Positions 18,673-29,407 of a stretch of DNA of 64,000 bases are shown here, piece after piece. Source of the stretch: Spirochaetota bacterium (lineage in GTDB: Bacteria; Spirochaetota; UBA12135; COTS27; CBDBHE01). Below the pieces are notes generated by a model. It was not told the origin of the DNA. It was given only the letters and a program-made list of their open reading frames with translations, and made no database searches. Within the stretch, counting starts at the first letter, position 1. Each line of letters begins with the position of its first letter. The stretch covers positions 192,001-256,000 of the forward strand of contig CBDBHE010000007.1 in assembly GCA_965205605.1 (NCBI GenBank). The letters are read 5' to 3'. The position numbers and the translations under genes were made by a program.

Positions 18673-18802
18673 CTGTTAAGTGCTTGTGATAATTGTTAAA
18701 TTATTAATAAGCAAGGTATACCGTATCCTTATCCTTATCCTTTGGCAAAAGAGACCGGTGGCATGCCATTCTTGTGATGTCGTCTCTTCTGCCTTTTTTT
18801 TT
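18673..18802 (+). ncRNA. tracrRNA
   Basis: CTGTTAAGTGCTTGTGAT (18673-90) pairs with repeat nt 1-18 over 18 bp, three of them G:U. Nexus-like AAGGTATACCGT at 18713-24. Terminal hairpin GGCAAAAGAGAC/GTCTCTTCTGCC followed by T9. Confidence 0.85.
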
Positions 18803-18968
18803 CAATTAAATTTTAAAAGACTTGGCAAAAAAAAAAGAAGTGAAAATAAACGAGTCTTGTTTATTTTCCAAGATTTTTTTTTGTTTATAAAAAGACAAAC
18901 TCATAAAGATTTTACAAATTTTTTTAAAGGTATGCTAGGGTTATTTAATATCATTATAAGGAAAGTCT

Positions 18969-19718
18969 GTGTTTAAAATCCCATTAAAAATTACAGATCA
19001 ATTTAAAAAGAATTATAATAAAATTAAAAAAATACTCGAAATGTATCTAGCTGAAGATAAAAATGAAGCCGATACCGTCAGAGTTGTGATTAGTATTTTG
19101 GTGGATATGTTGGGCTATGATAGATATAGTGAAATTACAGAAGAGCAAAGAACCAGTAGGGGGTATTGTGATTTAGCGATTAAACTTAACGATAAAATTA
19201 AATTACTTATTGAAGTCAAAGCTATTGGGGTAGACTTGAAAGAAGCTCATCTTAGACAAGCAGTGCAATATGGTGCAGAAGAAGAAATTAATTGGATCAT
19301 TCTTACAAATGGAAAAGACTGGCAAGTGTATAAGTTGCCAGGTAAAAAATCAATTGATCGGGAACTAGTGATGAATTTTTGTTTTTTAGATATCTCTTTA
19401 AAAAAAGAAGAAGATCAAGAAAAATTATTCATTCTTTCCAAAAGTGGTATCGAAAAAGGCCTCTTGAAAGAATTTAATGATTATTCTCAAGTCGTCAATA
19501 AATATTACATTGGAACGATTATTAGAAGTGATTCGTTTGTAAAAAGTATTGCTAGAGAATTTAAAAAATTTAGTATAAAAAATAAAATCGCAGATTCTAA
19601 AATAAAAAAAATCTTAGAAAATGAAGTTGTAAAAAGAGATATTATTGAAAGTAATAAAGGCCAAGAAGCCATTTCTAAATATAATAAAATCTTAAAAAAA
19701 AAGCTACTATCTATCTAG
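18969..19718 (+). CDS. Stand-alone HsdR N-terminal-type PD-(D/E)XK nuclease-domain protein
   Basis: NEADT..LGYD..EI..E; CDLAI; LIEVKA; QAVQYG; WIILTNGKDWQVY. Confidence 0.8.
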   Translation: MFKIPLKITDQFKKNYNKIKKILEMYLAEDKNEADTVRVVISILVDMLGYDRYSEITEEQRTSRGYCDLAIKLNDKIKLLIEVKAIGVDLKEAHLRQAVQYGAEEEINWIILTNGKDWQVYKLPGKKSIDRELVMNFCFLDISLKKEEDQEKLFILSKSGIEKGLLKEFNDYSQVVNKYYIGTIIRSDSFVKSIAREFKKFSIKNKIADSKIKKILENEVVKRDIIESNKGQEAISKYNKILKKKLLSI

Positions 19719-19941
19719 TAAGACGTTTTGTTTGAGTGTCTTTTCACTTAAACAAAGGTGATACTTAAAATTAATCTTTCTTAAATTAGGATTTTTTAGT
19801 TTAGGAAAGCTTGAAAAACACTAATTATTTTTTTTCATAAAATAGCTTAATGTCTTTAAAAGAAGTATAATTATTTGATACTTTTACAAAGAAGTGTTAA
19901 AAAAAATTACCTGATTATTTTTGTTAAAGATTTAATGATTA

Positions 19942-22900
19942 ATGATTGAAAAACTGATTTCTTGGTTTGAAAGTCGGCATTTACTGGTTAACTTTATCTT
20001 TATTGGTGTTATTATTAGTGGTTTAATTGCTTGGAATAAAATAGGGAAAGAAGAACTACCCAATGTTACTTTTGAAAATTTTCGCATTGGTGTTAGGTGG
20101 TCGGGAGCTTCTCCAGAGGACGTTGATCGGTTTATTATTATTCCCATTGAAAAAGAAATCAAGGGATTGGATGATATTGAATCAATAAAAAGTATTGCTC
20201 AATTAGGTTCTGCTTCTCTTAATTTATCGATTTCTGCTGACTCAGAAAAACTAGAAGATGTGGTGGAAGACATTAAAGAAGTTGTCAATAATGTTTCTTT
20301 ACCTTCCGATGTTGATGATCCAACATTTAGGCAATTTAAGACTTCAAAAAAAGCAGTAATAGATTTGTGGTTTTATTTTGAAGGAAAAAGTCTTCTCGAT
20401 GATGTGTCTAGGGAACAAGTTCAAAAACGGGCAAGGGCTTTAGAAAATCAGTTGATTTCTTTGCCTTCGGTTAGTGGTGTTAATCGATCGGGTTTTTTAC
20501 AAAAAAATGTATCTATTTGGTTAAACCCTGATAAACTGATAAAAAATGGAATTTCTATTTCCGAAGTTAGTAGTGCTATTAAGAAAAATCACAGCAGAAC
20601 TCCCGCAGGAACCATTCGTGCTGATTGGAACAGAAATGAGTTTACAGGTAAAGGAAAAAAACAAAAAGAAAACAGAAGAAATAAAAAGGAAAAAAGAGCT
20701 TTCCAAAGAGAGGATAACCATACCAAGTCGACCAAGTCGAAAAACATAAAAATTATTGAAAACACTAACTTTCGAGGAAAAAGAGAAATACGTAAAATTC
20801 GTAGGAAAAGTCCGGAAGCAAAAAATATAAAAGTCGTCATCAATGCTGAATTTCAAACCATTGACGAATTAAAAAATTTAGTCATTCGTTCAGATTTTGA
20901 GGGGAATTCAATTTTATTAAAAACGCTAGGGAGCGTTAAAAAAGGATTTGAAGAAAAAAAAAGTATTTTTAAAATGAACGGTTGTGAAGCAGTCCGAATG
21001 ACAATAACAAAAACTTCAAAGACAGGAATCATTGAAGCAGTAGAAGAAATTAAAAAAAAAGTAAAACAATTTAGAAAATCAAACTCCAAAGACAAGCCAA
21101 TTAAAATAGTCCTTGTCGATGACGAATCAAGGGATGTAAAAAATAGACTTTCATTAGTTATCTCTAATGGGGCTATAGGATTTGGATTAATTTTGATTTG
21201 TTTGCTTTTATTCTTAAATTGGAAAGCTGGATTTTGGGTAGCTATGGGACTACCTTTTTCTTTGTGTTTTACTTTATTTTTTACTTGGGTATTTGGTTAT
21301 TCTATTAACAATATTACTTTATCGGCAATTATTGTTGTTCTTGGGATGGTTGTAGACGATGCGATTGTTGTTTCTGAAAATATTGTCCGCTATGAGGAAA
21401 TGGGAATGAATAACAGGGAAGCATCAATAAAAGGTACCAAAGCTGTTTTTTTACCGATTTTTGCTAGTATTACAACCACTTGTGTTGCGTTTGTGCCTTT
21501 ATTTTTTTTTGGTGGAAGAATGGGAAAAATGGCGAGCTTTATGCCAATGGTTATTTTCCTAATGCTTTGTGGTAGTCTTTTTGAATCACTTTTTTTACTT
21601 CCTGCTCATATGTCCAATAAAATTCCAAAATGGAGCCTTGGGATTCTTTCTTTTGGTCTTTTACCGCTTGTTCAAACACTTATTGCTAAGAAAAAAAAAC
21701 AAAAATCTTCTCAATCAAAACATTGGTTTTTAAAAGTTGAAAAAAATTACGAAATATTTTTAATTCATTTACTTAATCAAAAAAAGTGGGTTGCTATAGG
21801 AGCGGTGATAATGACTCTTGTGACATTTTATCTTTTTGAAAATAAAATGAAATTTCAAATGTTTCCTCGAGAAGAAACCACTCAATTTCGCCTTTCTGGA
21901 CAAATCCCAACAGGAGCCAATAAAATAACCACTTCGAAGATGACTCAAAAAGTAGAAAACATTTTTAAGTCTTATTTGGGAAAAGAAGTCATTGCTTATG
22001 AAACAAGAATCGCCCAAAGTAGAAGAGGAAATGCTGCAAGAGACAATGCTTTTTCCATAAGAATCGAGATTACCCCCAAAGAAAAAAGAAAAAAATCATC
22101 TTCACAACTTAAAAAAGAATGGGAAGAAAAAATCGCTAAACTCGAAGGATTTGAAAAGATATCATTTTCTCGATCTTGGTTTGGAGCTTCTAGTGGAAAT
22201 CCTATAGAAATCTTAGTACAAGAAAATAATGACAATTTAAGAAAAGTATTAACTGAAGAACTTTATAAAAAGATGCTCGCCTACCCTCATTACACAAACT
22301 CAGAAATTGAAAGAGAACTCCTCGATCCAGAATTCACAGTAACCATCGATCGAAACATGGCTTCTCGCTTAGGCATTAGTCCTTCTTCAATTATTGAGTT
22401 GTTTAGAACTATTGTAAATGGCAGCACTTTATTTGAAATCCCTTCCGATGATGATGAAGATATTCCTTATATTTTGACAGTGAATCCAAAAGAAAAAAAT
22501 AACATAGAAAAAGTATTAAATATTCATATTAAAAACAATAGTCGTTACTTAGTGCCAATTAAACAAATGGTGCAAGTAAAAACCAATATGTCAGCAAATA
22601 CTTTGAACCGTATTAACTATAAACGCACTAGTGTCGTTTATGCCGATATTAATTCTAAAGGTGGAAAAACACCTGTAGAAACAGCAGAATATTTTGAAGA
22701 AAATGTTTTTCCAAAATTATTAAAAAAATACCCTTCTTCTGCATTGGTTTTTAAGGGAGAAGTCGAAGATACTAGAAAAGCCGGAAATGAATTTAAGTTT
22801 ACGATTTTAATCGTTATTGCCATGATCTATGTGATTTTAGCCTTACTGTTTAATTCTCTTTTTAAACCTTTAATTATTATGATCACGATTCCATTTGGTT

Positions 22901-23319
22901 TTGTAGGAGTAATTTTTGCCTTGTTAGCACATGGAAACACCGTTTTTGGGTTTTTTACCGTTATTGGAATATTGGGATTATCGGGAGTTGTCATCAATGA
23001 TGCCATTGTCATGTTGACTAAACTAGATGCACAATATGATCACTCTAACAAAGATTTAAAAAAAGTGCGCCTTCAAATTGCTTCGATTGGAAGCTCGAGA
23101 TTACGGGCTGTTTTATTAACAACTATCACAACAGTGGTCGGATTATTTCCAACAGCTTATGGCATCTTAGGATTTGATTCTTTGCTTTCGGATATGATGT
23201 TAGCGATGGCTTGGGGATTGTTGTTTGGAACCCTAATTACTTTAATTTTAATCCCATGTCTTTATTGTTTTATAAAAGAGTATCACTTATCTGTGAAAAA
23301 TTATTTTAAATTTCGCTAA
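19942..23319 (+). CDS. RND (AcrB/AcrD/AcrF family) permease
   Basis: GASPEDV; GMVVDDAIVVSENI; GVVINDAIV; RLRAVLLTTITT; 12-TM layout. Confidence 0.92.
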   Translation: MIEKLISWFESRHLLVNFIFIGVIISGLIAWNKIGKEELPNVTFENFRIGVRWSGASPEDVDRFIIIPIEKEIKGLDDIESIKSIAQLGSASLNLSISADSEKLEDVVEDIKEVVNNVSLPSDVDDPTFRQFKTSKKAVIDLWFYFEGKSLLDDVSREQVQKRARALENQLISLPSVSGVNRSGFLQKNVSIWLNPDKLIKNGISISEVSSAIKKNHSRTPAGTIRADWNRNEFTGKGKKQKENRRNKKEKRAFQREDNHTKSTKSKNIKIIENTNFRGKREIRKIRRKSPEAKNIKVVINAEFQTIDELKNLVIRSDFEGNSILLKTLGSVKKGFEEKKSIFKMNGCEAVRMTITKTSKTGIIEAVEEIKKKVKQFRKSNSKDKPIKIVLVDDESRDVKNRLSLVISNGAIGFGLILICLLLFLNWKAGFWVAMGLPFSLCFTLFFTWVFGYSINNITLSAIIVVLGMVVDDAIVVSENIVRYEEMGMNNREASIKGTKAVFLPIFASITTTCVAFVPLFFFGGRMGKMASFMPMVIFLMLCGSLFESLFLLPAHMSNKIPKWSLGILSFGLLPLVQTLIAKKKKQKSSQSKHWFLKVEKNYEIFLIHLLNQKKWVAIGAVIMTLVTFYLFENKMKFQMFPREETTQFRLSGQIPTGANKITTSKMTQKVENIFKSYLGKEVIAYETRIAQSRRGNAARDNAFSIRIEITPKEKRKKSSSQLKKEWEEKIAKLEGFEKISFSRSWFGASSGNPIEILVQENNDNLRKVLTEELYKKMLAYPHYTNSEIERELLDPEFTVTIDRNMASRLGISPSSIIELFRTIVNGSTLFEIPSDDDEDIPYILTVNPKEKNNIEKVLNIHIKNNSRYLVPIKQMVQVKTNMSANTLNRINYKRTSVVYADINSKGGKTPVETAEYFEENVFPKLLKKYPSSALVFKGEVEDTRKAGNEFKFTILIVIAMIYVILALLFNSLFKPLIIMITIPFGFVGVIFALLAHGNTVFGFFTVIGILGLSGVVINDAIVMLTKLDAQYDHSNKDLKKVRLQIASIGSSRLRAVLLTTITTVVGLFPTAYGILGFDSLLSDMMLAMAWGLLFGTLITLILIPCLYCFIKEYHLSVKNYFKFR

Positions 23320-23333
23320 AGACAAGACAAAAA

Positions 23334-24749
23334 ATGCGATTGTTCCTCTTAAGTTTATTTTTTTTGATCTTCTTTCTTCTGTCAGTTTTTTCTGAAAACA
23401 ATACCTCAGTAAACATCCCAAACCCTACCAATGGTTCAGTCTTAAATCTAAATGAATACATTCAATTAACAGCAAGCAATTCTTTTTTTGAAAAGTTTTT
23501 AATCGAAGAAATGAAAATCAAGTATCGTTTGATTTTAAAAATAGATCCTTCTGACTTTATTCTTTCTAGTAAAGGCGAATATATTCTTTCTTCTCCCAGA
23601 CCAGGGACTACTTATCAAAATAGTGAAATTGGAATTTCTTTAAGCAAACTGTTTTATCTTTCAGGAACAAAAGCTTCAATCGATTTAACTAAGGGACTTC
23701 CTTCGCTTTCATCAACGGAAAGTCATTCTAAAGCAAGTTTTCGAATATCACAGCCTATTATAAAAAATGCTTTTGGTAAAATTAATCAAGTCAAAAAACA
23801 AATTGCAGGAAGAGAAGTTGATATTGCTCGCTATCAAGTAGTAGAAGCTTATGAGGATTTTTTTTCTGCTCTAATAAAACAATATTACAATTGGTATTCT
23901 GCTAGTGAAGCATGGTTACTTGCAATTAGATCTTTAAAAGAAACCCAGTTAATATTAAAAACAATGAAGAAAAGATTTAAATTAAATGTCGCTGATAAAA
24001 GCGATATTAATAAACTTTTGTTGCAACAAGCCAATAAAAAAGCATCGATACTTCAAGCTAAAAATAGATATAACGAAATCAATTTTGAAATCCATAAAAT
24101 GTTGAGTCAAAAAAATAACAAGTCTTACTTTCCAAGTTTTGAAAATTTTGAACTTTATCAGGTGGAAAATCTAGAACTAGATAAAGATAATTTTTTAAAA
24201 AAAAGCAGAACCATTAAAATCTTAAAAAAATTAGAAAAAAATAGTGAAAACAGTCTTCTCATTGCAAAAAACAATCTTCTTCCTTCAACAGAGCTTTACA
24301 TGGCTTTTCAAACTTTAGGTGATGATTATTCTTTTTGGGGAAATGCTCAAAACATTCAAACAGGAGTTTCTTTAAATTGGCCCACTTGGAGCAAGCAAGA
24401 TAGAGCTAAAGAAAAAATCGCACAACTCAATCTGCAGCAAGTCAAACTCAATTCTTATAATACCAAACAAAATCTTAAAACTTCTTTAAGCAAATTAATA
24501 AGTGCCATAGAAACAAAAAAACAAATTATTATTCTTGAAAAAAATAAAGAACAATTAGCAAAAAGTGTCTTGATCGAAGAAGAAAAACTTTATCGACAAG
24601 GACGATCATCTATTAATGATTTACTTCAAGCGATTAACCAGCTCAATTCAATTCAATTTAACAATATTAATAGCCAAGTTGATCTCGAAATTTTAAAAAT
24701 TGAATGGCTACGAATCACCGATCAGTTAGTTTTAAAAAAAATTAATTAA
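23334..24749 (+). CDS. TolC-family outer membrane factor
   Basis: Signal peptide; ISQPII; YRQGRSSINDLLQA repeat motif; directly follows the RND gene. Confidence 0.8.
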   Translation: MRLFLLSLFFLIFFLLSVFSENNTSVNIPNPTNGSVLNLNEYIQLTASNSFFEKFLIEEMKIKYRLILKIDPSDFILSSKGEYILSSPRPGTTYQNSEIGISLSKLFYLSGTKASIDLTKGLPSLSSTESHSKASFRISQPIIKNAFGKINQVKKQIAGREVDIARYQVVEAYEDFFSALIKQYYNWYSASEAWLLAIRSLKETQLILKTMKKRFKLNVADKSDINKLLLQQANKKASILQAKNRYNEINFEIHKMLSQKNNKSYFPSFENFELYQVENLELDKDNFLKKSRTIKILKKLEKNSENSLLIAKNNLLPSTELYMAFQTLGDDYSFWGNAQNIQTGVSLNWPTWSKQDRAKEKIAQLNLQQVKLNSYNTKQNLKTSLSKLISAIETKKQIIILEKNKEQLAKSVLIEEEKLYRQGRSSINDLLQAINQLNSIQFNNINSQVDLEILKIEWLRITDQLVLKKIN

Positions 24750-25486
24750 TTAAATTGATTCGACGAAATACACTTAATCAAAAAAATAAAGATGATAGAG
24801 ATCAAACAAGCGATAAGCGTATTGCAACTATCAATGAGCTTAAGAAGGTTGTAGATAAGTTAAAAGAAAATTTTAAGATGATATATGAATACAAAAATTA
24901 CTTCATAGACGTGAATTCATACAAGCTTCTATTAAAAGAAGGAAGCATTTTTTTTGATACGGTATCTTTTTTTTAAAAACTAAAGTATCATGACGTTTTT
25001 TTTATTATAAAAGGACTAAAAGTCTTTTTCTTTAAAACAAGTCTCTTTTTTTCTAAGAAAACTTGATTATCTGTTAAGGCTTCTAACTTCATTTTTCGAC
25101 TAGATTTTTTTGATTTCAACTAAAATAGCAAAATTGGAGTCATTTTCTTTTAAATGATTATTTATTTTTTGAGTTAAATAGTATTGTCTAGTTTTGAGCT
25201 CGAGACTGGTTTTTGTATACTCACCCATTAGTAATTCTCCTTGTATCAGCTTCACTGGATTCTCTGCTTTGATAATATTCAATGTTGGATTCATATTTTT
25301 AAACTAGCGCTTTAAGCTTATTAAGTCTTTCATTATAGTTCTTTTGGAAGAAAAATAGTTTGAAGAAGTGAAGCAAAAAAACAACTCAATAAAGTAACCT
25401 TTGAAAATAATTTAATTTTTCTTCATTATATATCTAATATACCTAAAATTAATATTAATTTCCTAAGAAAACATCATTCCTATACT

Positions 25487-25950
25487 TTGACTAGTACAGA
25501 AAATAGAAATGATCCACTTCCAAAAATTTCTAAAAAAATAGAAAGAGAAGCTTTTGAAGCGGGTGCAGAGTTATTGTTTCCCTTAAAATCTTTTGTTGAA
25601 GGCTCTCAAGATTTTCCTAGCAATTTTGAATCTATTAAAAAAATAGCAAAAAAATATAAAGCTTCTTTTGAAGCAACTTGTATTCGATATGCCCAGACGC
25701 ATCAAGGAAAAGTAGGAATGATGGTTGTTATTAGAAATGATGACAGGAAAAACTCTTTTGAAATTAATCAAAATGAAAAAGAGTCTTTCTTATCTGATTC
25801 TTTCGAAAATCAAGATACTATCAATCAAGAGATTTTTTAAAAGTTAAATATTGTTCTTGTTCTAAGTTGTTTTCTCATTTCATTAAGGCAAATACGGAAA
25901 TCAGAGATGGAAGCTTAATTGACGAATGTTATCAAAAAAAAAGAAACAAT
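25487..25950 (+). pseudogene. ImmA/IrrE metallopeptidase C-terminal fragment
   Basis: EREAFEAGAELLFP...IAKKYKASFEATCIRY. The HExxH-bearing N-terminus is absent and the frame shifts near 25840. Confidence 0.6.
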
Positions 25951-25954
25951 TACT

Positions 25955-26330
25955 GGGGAAAGTGCGGTGCTAAAATGATAGGAAGCTCTGCAAAATCAGG
26001 AAAACATTTTTATTACGCTTGCCATAACTACATTAAAAAAGGCAAAAATGTCTGTGACACTAGGTTTATCAATAAAAAAGAAATAGAAACGCTCATCATT
26101 AGCAATCTTAAAACTCATGTTTTCACAGAAGGAAATCTGAGCAAACTTTTGAAAATTATTAAACAGGAAAAGAAGGGGCATCAAGAAGAATCTGTTTTAC
26201 AAATACAAACATTAGAGAAGCAACTAGAAACTTTACAAGCGAAATTAGACAAACTTTACTAAATATTAGAAACAGGAAAACTTGATTTAAATGCTCTTGC
26301 TCCTCGAATTAAAGAATTCAAACATCAAAC
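25955..26330 (+). pseudogene. Large serine recombinase Zn-ribbon/coiled-coil fragment
   Basis: KCGAKMIGSSAKSGKHFYYAC..YIKKGKNVC...IETLI, then a coiled coil with in-frame stop LDKLY*ILETGKLD. Confidence 0.7.
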
Positions 26331-26470
26331 ATGGGTTTATTTTTAAATAGTTTATCTTGAAGAAATAGCCATCATTTTTTTTAAATTTAATAGAAAAAAA
26401 AAACTCATGTAATTGATCAAAGTTCTACTATTCTTAATAACAAATCTTTTAAAAAAATTGAGGACGTTAT

Positions 26471-26929
26471 ATGAATACCTATTATTTTTATTTTAAAAAA
26501 TTAATCTTGATGCCAATTTTGCTCATCTTAATCTCTTGTTCTGAGATGGTAGAGCCTGAAATTTCTGAACTGAGTGATTTTATTGAAATCGGAGAAGCCG
26601 AAGTAGGTAATTTTCAAGTTATTTTTAAACGTGTTTCCCGAGATGCTACTCATAGAGTTAAAATAAAAATAAAGGAAGACCTGAGTGTTATCATACTTCA
26701 AAATGATGAAAATTTTTTATTTTCTCTTATAAGTGATCATGTTATGAATTTCAATTCTTTGAATCCGATTGAGAAAGATCAAGAAGTATTTATCTATCGC
26801 CAGAAGGTAATGGGTTCAATGTTTGACACATTGAGAGATTTTAAAATTAAATATGCCGAAATAAGTTTTTATGATAATAACAGATTAGTTCGTAAAAAGT
26901 TTATACTCAATAAAAAGTATGAATTATAA
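26471..26929 (+). CDS. Hypothetical lipoprotein (paralog family member 2)
   Basis: Lipobox LLILISC; LSDFIEIGEAEVGNF is identical to the same segment in 34545..35015. Confidence 0.75.
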   Translation: MNTYYFYFKKLILMPILLILISCSEMVEPEISELSDFIEIGEAEVGNFQVIFKRVSRDATHRVKIKIKEDLSVIILQNDENFLFSLISDHVMNFNSLNPIEKDQEVFIYRQKVMGSMFDTLRDFKIKYAEISFYDNNRLVRKKFILNKKYEL

Positions 26930-27347
26930 AGCTCCCTACCTTTTTAAAGCTTGGTATTTTAACGTCCCTTATCGATAAAAAAACTCGGTGTTTTAGTTTA
27001 GAGAAAATGCACCTAAATCGAAATGGACTCACTCAAGACTTTTTTTAGGTAACCTTTCATTTGAAAATGACAAAATCAGTGAAAAGAAAAAAATTAAAAC
27101 ACTCCGTCGTTATTAGCACACGCAAGTGCCGCAAAGACAACCCATGACGATGTTTCAAAAGAATTAAAACCGAATTATAAGGTGATGGTTTTCATTTTAT
27201 CAAACTTCTGAAAACATGATTCCTTTAGCTAACACGCCAGACTACTTCCATTATTTTTAGCAAAATTGCTTGATGTTCCAATATTCTAGCGGAGTAACCA
27301 AAAAAGAATCCCCAATGCAAATTTGATCATTATTTTCTACGTACTTT

Positions 27348-28508
27348 TTAACCATCCACTTCCACTTTACGGTCTTGGAGAAAATTTTTAAACCTTCCTA
27401 AAAATTCAAGTTGCTGATCAATCTCAACCTTACTTTTAGAATCAAGAAGGGTGAAATATTCCCCATATATAATAAATCGCTTGGCAATTTTAATACCTAC
27501 CTCTATGGATAAACACGGTTTTATAAAAACCTCTGATTTGTTAGCAGTAACTCTAAAAAAATTTTCTTGATTAATTTTAAAAACATATTCAGGAAAAATA
27601 AACTGAAGAAAATTCACACCTCCTTCTAAGGTAACAAAAAATCCTACAGATTCATCAAGTTGAAGACCTGCCGTAAATCCAAAAAAAATGAGAATATTCA
27701 CATAATAAAAACCACCCTTGATGTTGACATCAATTTCATTATTTCAAAACGCAATAGAAGTATTTTCTTCTTCAGGGCTTAAGATATCGTCAGCTCCAAC
27801 ATTAATCAAAAAATAAGCTTCTTGAGGTTTTATTGGAATGAGTAAATATTGATACCTAATCCCAACATTAAACCCCGTTAAAATATTTAAAGGATAGCCC
27901 AAACGACTGTTTTAATTTGCCTTCATCTTCTGAATGATTGGTTTTTATCACAAGTTAATAAACTCATGATTCTTTTTTATTAAAATTGTTTTTGAAGTTC
28001 AACCATTAGTTTTCTGTTACCATTCCCAACAAGATTCCCCTCTGTTTTATAATCACTTGTTTCTTCCGTATAAGAATCCCAAGCAACTTTTATGATTCCA
28101 AATCCAAATACTAATGTGTAAACACCTATGCTGAGTACTGGATCTAGATCATCACGAAAGAGAGTGGCATCTTCATCGCTGAAGCCTATTTATTACTAGC
28201 CCTGTTACGGACAAAATTAGCCCAAATAATAAAAAGAAATCTGTCAGAATAAAATGCGTTTCTGGTAACAAACCAAAAAAATCCCACATTATTCCATCCT
28301 CCATTAGTTTATAAAAATCACTTTCATTCATCAGTTTTGTGCTTCCAAAAGCAGCCCATTTTTCTATAATCTCCTTCTCTTAAAAGCGGTTTCAAATTTA
28401 TTTTTTATTTGTTGTATTCTACAATTTGTTTTCTATCTAGTTCTTAACTAAAAATAGGGATTGTAATCAAGCAAATCGATACAAATATATATTGATGATT
28501 GTTTTCAT
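27348..28508 (-). pseudogene. Fragmented exported/outer-membrane protein gene
   Basis: SD plus a signal-like start (MKTIINIFVSICLITIPIFS*), then several frame-switching protein-like segments ending in ORF 27348..27701. Confidence 0.45.
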
Positions 28509-28705
28509 TTTTTTCTCCTAATTTTTATGATTTTTTTAAAAATCAAAAATAGGGTCTTTATATTAAATTGATATCTGCTATAAGATCATGGTTTTTATTT
28601 AATTTAAAGAAGCTTTCCAAATTGCCAAGCAAATCAACTGTCTCGTTGTCAATAAAAATCGAAAAATATTGATGTTATAATTTATTTTAATTAAAAAACA
28701 AAATC

Positions 28706-29098
28706 ATGGAAAATCGATTTATTACTTGTCTCAATTGTATTGATGGTCGCACTCAAATCCCACTTTTGGGATGGCTCAAACAAGAAACAAAGATAGCGTA
28801 TGTTGATTTAATCACCGAACCTGGTATCAACGGATTACTAAGTAAAAACGATGCTTATCAAATAAAAAGTGTTTTAAAACGAATTGATATTTCTATCAAG
28901 ATGCATGATTCAAAAAAAATTTTTATTGCAGGGCATTCTGATTGCAAAGGGTATGTGGCAAATGAAAAAGAGCATAAAAAAGCCATTACAGATTTAAGCA
29001 AGTATCTTAAAAAAAAATACCCCTTTATGGAAATAACAGGTCTTTGGATTTCTCTTTTAAAAGAAAGTACTCCTATTGAGAAAGTGATGATTCTTTAA
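28706..29098 (+). CDS. Small beta-class-like carbonic anhydrase
   Basis: CIDGR; ITEPG; GHSDC Zn ligands. Confidence 0.75.
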   Translation: MENRFITCLNCIDGRTQIPLLGWLKQETKIAYVDLITEPGINGLLSKNDAYQIKSVLKRIDISIKMHDSKKIFIAGHSDCKGYVANEKEHKKAITDLSKYLKKKYPFMEITGLWISLLKESTPIEKVMIL

Positions 29099-29407
29099 TT
29101 TTTTTTTAATCTCTTTTGACATCAAGTTTAAAGTAATCAGCATTGCTGAAAAAAAATCAAAGAAAGTGAAAAGCTCTTCATCAGCTTTATTCTAATACAC
29201 AATTTTTGTATGAAGATGAACAAGAGCTTATTATTTTCTTACAAAATATAAAATTAATAGATACAGGCTGATTTTCAAAGAAGTAAGCAAAAATCTGACA
29301 ATATCCTTTTCTTTAGATATTTATGACTCCTTTTTGTAAAGAGACCTCTTTTAAAAAAAATAAGAAAGCACGGACAGACTATCCAAAGAAAGATAGATTA
29401 TTATTTA

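Noticed and set aside
18680-18976. 98-aa ORF upstream of cas9
   Set aside because: It overlies the tracrRNA and its terminator and has no protein-like features.
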